Below, one piece after another: positions 1 through 9,800 of a stretch of DNA of 64,000 bases. The stretch covers positions 93,189 through 157,188 of the forward strand of contig JAQGDQ010000515.1 in the NCBI GenBank assembly GCA_030141605.1. The letters are read 5' to 3'. The stretch is from Tubiluchus corallicola. Its lineage: Eukaryota > Animalia > Priapulida. Made by a program: the position numbers and the translations under genes. The notes below the pieces were generated by a model that saw only the letters and a list, made by a program, of their open reading frames with translations, was not told the DNA's origin and made no database searches. Each line of letters begins with the position of its first letter. Within the stretch, counting starts at the first letter, position 1.

Positions 1-230
1 AAATACATAATTAATGCTTAAATTACTGTATCAATTTCTTTATTGGTCTGTTTTTTCATTACCTATTTGCCTTATGTTAACTACTTAATTAGTGCATAAT
101 AGGCTTTGCCTATGTAAACTATTTGTATGTTTGTGAATTTGCCACTGATGATGACAGCAGTAGTCTGTCAAAATGTTTGGCATGATTTTTGACTATGTGA
201 ATGGGAAATTTTAATAAAGTTGTTTTGACT
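1..230 (+). mobile_element. Penelope-like element (PLE) terminus with degenerate minimal hammerhead, copy 1
   Basis: TGCCA-CTGATGA-T-GACAG[loop]CTGTC-aAAA-TGTT-TGGCA at 140-182, then AATAAA at ~213; 1-230 matches the reverse complement of the element at 63580-64000. Confidence 0.6.
140..182 (+). ncRNA. Minimal type I hammerhead ribozyme motif, core G12 mutated to A (probably inactive)
   Basis: Stem I TGCCA/TGGCA, CUGAUGA, stem II GACAG/CTGTC, AAAA in place of GAAA, near-absent stem III. Confidence 0.5.
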
Positions 231-233
231 ATA

Positions 234-686
234 CAGTCAGCCTCGGGTATAAGGTACTTTCTCGCTTATAAGGGACACACCTACACAGGTCTTGATTTTT
301 TGTAACGTTGTTCCTATGTAGAATTCTTTGTATATAAAGTGCTCAGATATAAGGGACAATATCTTCAACTCCTACATAATAGAAACCCAGGTAAATCACC
401 TTGCATATAACGGATCAAAGCAAAATTGATTGATTTTTAACCTCAATTTTTCGCAAACTCGACCCTAGAACAGCTCGGGTTCCGCGGTCACATACATCTC
501 GCATCACTGAAGGAGCTTCTTACATACCGTTTGCATTGAATGTGTAGCAATAATCCATAAAAATATGGGTAAAAGTACAGGTCTAGATACACCCTCGGTC
601 TGACTCAACTTCGGCTATAAGGAACATCGGATATAAGGGACGATTTTTTGCAGTCCGGAGGTGTCATTTGTATCCGAGGTTGACTG
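234..686. mobile_element. pogo/Tigger-like MITE
   Basis: TIRs CAGTCAGCCTCGGGTAT / GTATCCGAGGTTGACTG, flanked by TA on both sides; partial copy at ~19006-19102. Confidence 0.75.
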
Positions 687-790
687 TAATTTAAATTACC
701 ATACCTTGTACCATAAAATCTGTAAGTTTAAATTAACAGCAGGTAAAAGAACTGTTGATTAGTGATCACCGGCATCGTTTGATGTTTCAG

Positions 791-3171
791 CTACATGCTG
801 GCTATCAATCATTTGAAAGCCGAAGCACGCAAGATGACCAGAGCTCGAGAAGCTGAGACAAGGTGCCTGAATCAGCTTCTTGGACAAACTACAAAAGCTG
901 TTCAGAAACTGGATGAACACGAAAGGTGAAGTGGCTTCATTATTACTTTTATGTATATACAGGTCATCGTTGACTTACGACCACAACAAGACGACCTATG
1001 ACTACAGTCAGTTTTGACCACAGCAAGCGACTTACGACCACAATCAGTTCTGACCATAGCAAGACGACTTACAACCACAATCAGTTCTGACCATAGCAAG
1101 ACGACTTACGACCACAATCAGTTCTGACAATAGCAAGACGACTTACGACCACAATCAGTTCTGACCATAGCAAGACGACTTACGACCACAATCAGTTCTG
1201 ACCATAGCAAGACGACTTACGGCCACAATCAGTTCTGACCATAGCAAGACGACTTACGACCACAATCAGTTCTGACCATAGCAAGACGACTTACGACCAC
1301 ATTCAGTTCTGACCACGGCAAGACGACTTACGACCACAATCAGTTCTGACCATAGCAAGACGATTTATGACCACAATCAGTTCTGACCATGGCAGGATGA
1401 CTTAAGACCACAATCAATTCTGACCACAGCAAGACGACATACGACCACAGTCAGTTCTGACCACAGCAAGACGACTTACGACCGCAGTCGGGTCTGACCA
1501 CAACAAGACGAATCACTACCACAGTCAGTTCTGACCACAGCAAGACGACTTACGACCACAGTCAGTTCTGACCGCAGCAAGCCGACTTATGACCACAATC
1601 CGTTCTGACCACAGCAAGACGACTTATGACCACAATCAATTCTGACCACAGCAAGACGACTTACGACCTCAATCAGTTCTGGTCAATTGTAAGAGGAACT
1701 GGATGCAAGTCCGACCCGTATGTTCAAGCGGTGCACTCCTTCATGTATGATAATGTGTGTGTGTGTGTGTGTAAAACATGGATATACAAACATACAAACA
1801 AACTAAAGATAAATCTGATTCAAGATTAGTACATGAGCTGCTACAGTTAAATCAAAACCGGACCCAATCGTAAACTGTAGGTCAAAACAATTTACACTTT
1901 AAAATATTGAAAGGAAAGATACTGTTTTTTTTTAAAATTACTTACGTGAAAGAATTATTACCACACAACCACAATTTCACGTTCGCGCCACTAATTCTTC
2001 GTTGTTACATGCATTTCGCCATTCGTTAGTTAGACGGGCACTAGCACCTGCACTACGGAAATGCACTGCACAAGAACAGCTGCTGTACCTCCCAGTTCAG
2101 ATGTGTTAGTTTGTGATGAACTACACACGTTCGACAGCTCATGCGTCAGCACAGCGGTAAATTTAAAATTTGAATTTTTATCTTAAAACTTGCATAGTTT
2201 TAGTACAACACACTGAATATCTTACAGAAGCACTGTACTTCAATTTTCGCTTTCGCAAACATGTGCAACACACTCGTGGAATATTTTTGCTCTTGAAAAT
2301 TATGTTAGTTTGTGATGTCATCAATAGTTGGGCTCGCCCGCCGTTAATAAAGTTTTTAACCTATTATTTTGTTACCAGAAACACTTTTGCAGTATTAATC
2401 GTGTTAAAATGTATAATTTTTATCAAACTTGAAAATGGGGTAGTATATGAAAAGTCATCCTGTCTTCCTTTAAAGGTAAAGAACAGTTGCTTTAACTTTT
2501 AAATATTTATCACAGTAGGAAACTGAGGTACGATCAATGTGCGTTAGTTTTTTTTATATAGAAGCTAACCCAAGCAAGGTCAGTGGTCACTCGGGCAAAG
2601 GGTTGCAATAAAGGTGGAAATATGAACAGTTCGTTAATTGATTAAGGTGAACAAAGAGAGAGAGAGAGAAAGGAGAGAAGGGAGAAAGAGAGAGAGAGGA
2701 GGAGAGACAAATGAAAGAGAAAAAGCGCGAGAGAGAGAAAGATACATCTGATACATTTACCATCCTACTGTACATTTGGATAATGTGATAAAATTAAAGT
2801 TTGTAAAGTTAATAGGGTTTGTAAACAAGCCCCTTGTCACTAACTAAGCTGTAACTAATGGCCGTGTTGCAAATGTCGATAAATCATGTTTCCAAGACTA
2901 CAAACGCAACTGTAAAATGATGCCGTCTCGGGTAAACATCTATCACGCAATTCAACGCAATAAATTTGTAGCGATTAACATACCTGTGTTATCAGATTCT
3001 ACTACCAATTAACCCAGTTCATTACTGGGAACTTCACACCTGATTTCTGCAACTCCTGCGCAATCTATAATCCTGTCCAAACACAAAGAACAAAGAGACA
3101 CACACACAGACTCTCTCTTTCTCTCTCTCTCCCTCTCTGTGTGTCTCTCTCTCTCTCTCTCTGTCTCTCTT

Positions 3172-3219
<48 letters not shown>

Positions 3220-3714
3220 TCTCTCTCATACATTATTATTAATTTTCAAATATATAAAGAATTATTTGTGCGAGACTGTGAATTTGTTGTATCCTATTGC
3301 ATAATTTGCTGTGTCTCTATGAAACTCCTCAAATAATTTGTGATTTTTCTTTCTTGTAGAGCACTAGATGAAGCCGAGAAGAGAGACTTGACTAAACGCA
3401 CCGCCAGACAAGAACGAGAAGCGTCGTACCTTCGGAGAAAATGTGACGAATACAAATCGCGCATTCGCAAATGCGAAAAGGCACTGTCAGAAGTCGGCAC
3501 GCCTCCCGAACTGTTCCATTCCGAGCTCGTCAAACAGTCCAAACAAATTGAAAAAATCCGCGAACAAATCGAGCCGCTAAGGCAGGCGATAGACGCGTAT
3601 AATAACCTGCCGGCCGACGTCAATCTGGCAAAATTAAAAGTGGAAGAACTTCGGTGTAAAGTTGATGATTTGGAAGCCGAATTGTGTGAGAGTGTAGCTG
3701 CCATTCACATGTAA
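791..3714 (+). CDS. HAUS1: HAUS augmin-like complex subunit 1, last two coding exons (791-925, 3360-3714); 5' part lies outside the window
   Basis: Exon 791-925 (ttcag|...YMLAINHLKAE...DEHE-AG|gtgaag) joins in phase to 3360-3714 (tgtag|A). The C-terminus IDAYNNLPADVNLAKLKVEELRCKVDDLEAEL matches the HAUS1 motif LESYLDLMPNPSLAQVKIEEAKRELDSIEAEL. Confidence 0.85.
970..1685. repeat. 37-bp minisatellite, ~19 copies, in the HAUS1 intron
   Basis: Unit GACGACTTACGACCACAATCAGTTCTGACCATAGCAA, period 37. Confidence 0.95.
1851..2469 (+). mobile_element. TTAA-flanked non-autonomous DNA transposon, family A (Kolobok-like)
   Basis: TTAA at both ends and short imperfect TIRs; at least 7 related copies in the window. 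Confidence 0.7.
3112..3228. repeat. (CT)n microsatellite
   Basis: Direct inspection; a GA-rich tract also lies at 2654-2740. Confidence 0.95.
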
Positions 3715-3859
3715 AAACTGCCGTTTCTCTTGTATGTGTTAGAGCATTTCAATCGTAAATTAATTCGTGAAACAGAAAGTAAATGTTATTTATTTTTATA
3801 GCCAGTAAATTTTCTTGTGTTCTACTTGAAATGTTGAACTGCGAAAGTTTTGGATGCAG

Positions 3860-4810
3860 TCAAATCAAATCAATTTATTTCACTCCAGCAATAGATATAC
3901 AATACATAAATATATACAATATGAAGGGAAAAAAATGTTGATGAAGTCAAATTAACTAAATAAGAGTTGCTGTATGACACCTTGAAAGCTTGGCTTGTTA
4001 AGGTGGCACAAATGAGTGAATGAAAGAATGGTTAGGGTTAGTAGACATGATGGAATGGAAAAAATGGTAAGATTAGGGATAGGAAGAAGGAAGGGAGGGG
4101 AGGATGAGTAAATGAAAGAATGGTTAGAGTTAGTAGACATGATGGAATGGAAAAAATAGTAAGATTTGGGATGGGAAGAAGGAAGGGAGGGGAGGATGAG
4201 TAAATGAAAGAATGGTTAGAGTCAGCAGACATGATGGAATGGAAAAAATGGTAAGATTAAGGATAGGAAGAAGGAAGGGAGGGGGATGAGTAAATGAAAG
4301 AATGGTTAGGGTCAGTAGACATGATGGAATGGAAAAAATGGTAAGATTAGGGATAGGAAGAAGGAAGGGAGGGGGAGGATGAGTAAATGAAAGAATGGTT
4401 AGGTCAGCAGACATGATGGAATGGAAAAAATGGTAAGATTAGGGATAGGAAGAAGGAAGGGAGGGGGAGGACGAGTAAATGAAAGAATGGTTAGGGTCAG
4501 TAGACATGATGGAATGGAAAAATGGTAAGATTAGGGATAGGAAGAAGGAAGGGAGGGGGAGGATGAGTAAATGAAAGAATGGTTAGGGTCAGTAGACATG
4601 ATGGAATGGAAAAAATGGTAAGATTAGGGATAGGAAGAAGGAAGGGAGGGGGAGGATGAGTAAATGAAAGAATGGTTAGGGTCAGTAGACATGATGGAAT
4701 GGAAAAAATGGTAAGATTAGGGATAGGAAGAAGGAAGGGAGGGGGAGGATGAGTGAATGAAAGAATGGTTAGGGAGTAGGCTTATAGAGCTTGGAGATAG
4801 GATGTAGCTT
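3860..4810 (-). mobile_element. LINE 3' fragment with an internal ~92-bp tandem array
   Basis: The minus strand ends AATAAATTGATTTGATTTGAC (simple-repeat LINE tail); degenerate HPISKLYK and ILPLPSFFLSLILPFFPFHH resemble an ORF2 C-terminus. Confidence 0.5.
4010..4775. repeat. ~92-bp purine-rich minisatellite, ~8 copies
   Basis: Unit GAGTAAATGAAAGAATGGTTAGGGTCAGTAGACATGATGG...GGGAGGGGGAGGAT. Confidence 0.95.
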
Positions 4811-4896
4811 AAAATAGCAAATATATTATACACTTAATATACAAAAAAACAATTGATAAAAAAGACAATTAACAAGTATATAATTGAGTTTGTTAA

Positions 4897-5525
4897 AAGG
4901 ACAAGAAAATCCTGAAGGCTTCAGAAAAATCGCCTTAAAATCATATTACTTTACAGCTATTTTATGCGTATATCGTACTCGTGCTGAAAGGAATTCTCGT
5001 TTGTTTTCATTTTAAATTTCCCTCAATGCTGTTCTGATAGCGCCATTACATGACGTTATATACGCACAACGTAAAACAGGGGAAGAAAAGAAAATGCTAA
5101 ATTATGTCCCAAAAAACTTTTCATGCAAAATTATATTAGGAATTTCGCTTACCAGCTGGAAAGACTTATGTAACTAGAAATAATAATTTAAAGTGTTTTC
5201 ACCAATTGGTAAAATTTGTTGACTCGCCTCCAGGGTGCGCCACTCACTAAACAAAAACGTATTTTTAATCTTATTGACAAGATACAGTAATTTAAAATTT
5301 TACTTAGTTAGTAACGTGTGGCCATCGGATGCTCTGATTATTTTTTCAAACTTTACTCGGTGTTATCTGAACTTGTTTCAAATGACTTATCGTCAAAATG
5401 GCTGCATCTAACGGTCATTAGGGGAGTTTAAATTTACAAGCGTTATACAGTGTTACTGCCGACGCAAGCCCCGTGTGTAAAAAAGCAGTACGTAAGTGGT
5501 ACAAAATTTCAAGACGAACTTCATG
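4897..5525 (+). mobile_element. Non-autonomous DNA transposon, family C (Kolobok-like)
   Basis: Starts TTAA-AAGGACAAGAAAA; homologous to 38900-39520(-), 40060-40620(-) and 60738-61240(+). Confidence 0.65.
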
Positions 5526-6129
5526 TAAATAGAGAGTTTTATTGTGCTTAAAAACACCGTGAAATGTCACTAGTTGCTTCATGTGCTGAATCAAGCCCTT
5601 TCCTCAATCAAAGAATTGGGATCGTTCCCTTTTTTCTTGAAATTGCTGCTTTTTTTCGGGGAACTGCTATCAGCGTGCTTCGTTTTGCCATGAAATTAAA
5701 GTTTGTTCACTTCCAATGGTTAGCAGTAGTGTTCTAATGTTACTTGTTGCCATGGTAACGGCAGCTGTTCCTTACAACCATTATGGATCATAATGTAATG
5801 CACGAACATTATCATGCAGTAAACATTTTAATACTCGTTTATTTTAAACTTTAAAGGTGGTATACACTAGTCAATACGTTCAGCCAGACATTAAACGTTC
5901 AATACGAAGTTCAAATGACTTTATTACAAATTTTGCTTGTAAGAATGCAAAATAGTCAAATTACCGATTTTTTCAATAAATAGTAATTAGTTACAGTCAC
6001 ATAGTTAGTTAAAAGGAATTAAATAAAGCACATTTTGATTGATTTTTCAGGTTAATTTTTTTTACAACTAAAAAATTAATCATTGAAATGAGGTCCTGCA
6101 GTCGTAATTGTTGATTTTTTCGCATTTTG

Positions 6130-6565
6130 CTTTCATTTTATATTTCTAAATTTTTTTCGTATTCACAATTTCTTTTAGTTTTTCATTTTGTATTGCTAAT
6201 TTCTTTTTAATTTTTGTTTCGTATTCCCAATTTCTTTTAGTTTTTCATCTTGTATTACTAATGTCTTTTAGTTTTTTATTTCGTATTCCCAATTTCTTTT
6301 TAATTTTTTTGTTGCGTATTCCTAAATTCCTTTTGTTTCATATTCCAAATTTTTTTTAGTTTTAGGTTTCGCATTCCGAATTTTTTGTTTTTTTCGTTTC
6401 GTATTCCCAATTTCTTTTAGTTTTTGGCTTCGTATTCCTAATCTTTTCTTAGTTTTTTGTTTCGTATTCCTAATCTTTTCTTAGTTTTTTGTTTTGTATT
6501 GCTAATTTTTTAGTTTTTGGTTTTGTATTGCTAATTTCCTTAAGTTTTTTGTTTCGTATTCCTAA
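6130..6565. repeat. Degenerate T-rich ~31-bp tandem repeat
   Basis: Recurrent TTTCGTATTCCTAATTTCTTTTAGTTTTT. Confidence 0.8.
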
Positions 6566-6880
6566 TTTATCATATAGTTATCGATATGAAGTTTCATCAA
6601 ATACTTATCGTATAAACGGCAACACTTGTCAATCTTTTGACAATAATGCTGTCTATCCTTTACTGCTATTAATAGTTGGATGGGCAAAAACAGATTAAAT
6701 CTCAAAGACATAAATAAGTTTACTGTCTGCGCACATTGCAATAATTATTGCGCACGTGTTAATGAAAATTGCTAAAAATGTTGATGCTTATCAGAACGAG
6801 CACGAAAACTTCAAAATTCAAAGAACAAAACGAAATTGAAGGTAACCCATATTGCATGTATTCACAGTTAAATAATTACA

Positions 6881-9800
6881 CTAATCTCTCTGCAACATTT
6901 TCTGTCGAGCCATCTTCTTTTTGGATACTTTCTTCTTGACCGTCTCTTCTTCGGCCGCTTTGGCAACGGCTTGCTCTTTCTCGGCCAGTACGACCTCGAT
7001 GTGACAGGGACTGCTCATGTATGCTGCAATCACAAGCACGAAAATTAAAAAATGCGCAACATGTGTAGTTTTGTGGCAGAACGCACGAATCATTTGAATT
7101 ACTATGAATTTTTTCTATTAATGGTTTAACCTGGGATTTCAAACAAAATTTTTGATGGCTAATGCTACTTTTATTTTGAAAAAATTTTAAATGTATGTAC
7201 GTATTTCAAAATTTACTAATCTTACGCTTACTTTTTAAAGGAAAACCGGACGATTGATCATACTCAATCTCATTCTAATTTACTGTCCAAAATATACATT
7301 TTCTTGCATATAAAAGTTAGCAAATGTTTCTTATATTTGAATAATTAGCTTAGAAAGTTGATTAACGGCTACCGAACACAGCTATTGCTTACACTAGAAA
7401 CTAACCACAGTTTGTGCAATGGCAGGCGTCTTCCCTTGCGCATCAAGCAGATTTGCATAAGTGTTACAGTACTGTTTAAACTCGGGATGTCATGAAAATG
7501 GGCTTTACGTCATATGACCTCAGAAACTAACACTGCAGTTCATGATCATGCTTATCATGGTACCGCCTTCTATTTGTCGGCAACGTGAATGTGACAAAAA
7601 GGCACCGCTGCCAATCATAGTAGATTCACTGAGCCGCGCGTAGCTTTGAAAGTTTAACGAAATTTGAGTATCTGACGTAATTATTATTTAATCTAAGCTT
7701 TGATTTAAAATAGCAGTTTTTAGAGCATTCTTTATTCTGAAGTAATGTTTACACAATCACCTGGTTTTCTTTTACAGCTGCAGTATAATGAACATTAAAA
7801 AAACACATACGGTTTATTCTTCCGTGGGCTCTGTAGGTTCTTCGCCGCATTTTTGGCGCTCGATTCACTTGAATGTGTTCAATCACTAGATGGTCGGTGT
7901 CCAGTCCCTTGTACTCGGCGTTGCTCTCTGCATTCTTAAGCAGCTGCAACAGGAACTGCGCGCTTTTCTTTGGCCACCGACCCTGCGTGCAACCGAACTG
8001 CTTGGCCTGTAAGAAACGAAGTATACGCTTCAGCACGCTGTAAATTGGTTTGTCTAGCAAGTTAATAATAATTTATTGAATATTTAAAATTGATTAATAT
8101 TGACAAATGCAGTTTACATATTTAAAATATTAACGCATAAACAGGCTGTTATAAATAAATCTAAAATCGTAATACATGCATATAAAAATCAGCAGTAATT
8201 AAATCCATCAGTCCATATTAAATTTCTAATTAATTAAAAAGGCTTCTTCATAAAAATATGTTTTAAGAAATAATTTGAACTTTTGAACATGCTCTTGTTT
8301 GTCTGCCTCTATTTGCTGTGATGCAAAATTACTGATCAAAAATTCTAATACAAAAACACAAGGAGGTTTTACAGTGGAGAACCTCAAGTCTGATGGAGTG
8401 ACTTACAATAGAAAAATTAATGTGTTACGATGTTTTTGAATTTAAGTATGCCTAATGATTAACATTTGAAGATCATGATGCTTCATTAAAATAAAGAAAT
8501 TTTATCTTGTAGATATTTTGCTGTCTATTTATCACAAATTATACAAATTAAAAACGATTTTGCTCAAATAAATTCAAACGTGGCTTGATATTTCGGTTGA
8601 TTGGGCCTGGAGATCCTAAAAGTCACAGTGGTCATCGCTGAAGATATGCCGCATTGCTGTCATAGGCTGTTATGTAAACAAATTTAAACTATTTTAGCAA
8701 AGATTTAGTAAAGAGTTTTGACATTTAGGAGAAAAGAAAAGGTAAATTAAATAAACGCTGGTAAAACCTCGGAAAAATGTTACCGAAAATTATCCGAAAC
8801 GTCCGCTACGAAACTTGATCAATTTCGCCGAAACCGAAACTTAACCAAAAATGCAATTATTGGCAAACTGAAAAGAAAATTTCGTTTTGGTAACATCCCC
8901 AGAGCACAATAACCATTAACCAAAACTGCAAAACATAGCGGGTCTGCACAGGTTGATCCAAATTCGTAAGTAGTTTTGATCTTGCATGGCATACGTGATA
9001 TTAAACTTGTACCTAATCTGTTTTTAGATATAATGAATGTCATATGTTACAAAAGCCTTCTGTCAAACTAACTCATTGGTAATGTCGAGATACTGTGTCT
9101 TAGAGGACACAGAACATTACCCCCATTAGACGGCTTACTAAGAGAATAGTTTTGATCAATGTTAATTAATATTGTATGTTTGTCGCACTGTTATTAATGT
9201 TGTTTGTGTATGTAAATATTGCAAAATATATATGTTAACATTTCAATTAACTCTTTCTCCTTTTTTAGGAATTTAAAATACAAGTAAGTACGGTATTCTG
9301 CTTATAAATATGTTTCCCATTTTACTCACGCTTTTACGGCTTTGGTTATTAAAGAAAGGGTAATTTAAGAACCTCGGACCTTCAGCGTCCTCCCCCTTTA
9401 ATGTATCAAATACCTAACAAATTCCGCCCTTTCTCTGCAAATATTATTAATAATAAACGCTACCTGAGCCTTTCGCCCGACTCCGCCATTGTAACGTCTG
9501 AACGGCACGATCTCTTTCTTCTCGCACACGTTTTTCAGGTACTTCACGGCTCGCCTGAGATGCATCCGTTTAACTGCCATTGCCGTTTCCCTGGTGTTCT
9601 GTAATTAAATACAAACACAGATTTAATAGCAAGAACAATTTTACACTGCTCATCAATCACCACAAACTGAAAATTAAAAACACTGTATGTGTGCTTGCAT
9701 AGCAAAATCATCCATCAGCCAACAGTTAAGCTTTTCTAGTTATTCACGTATCCTGAATCTCCATTTCATGAGGATAATTTTGATACCAAGTTCATTGCTC

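Noticed and set aside
970-1685. 37-bp repeats (and the other arrays) as a CRISPR array
   Set aside because: Units are head-to-tail with no unique spacers, there are no cas genes, and the context is a eukaryotic intron.
2170-2502. Recurrent ORF family ([18 protein letters not shown]…) at 2170, 10837 and 32276
   Set aside because: Translations of MITE family A copies with frame-disrupting differences between copies.
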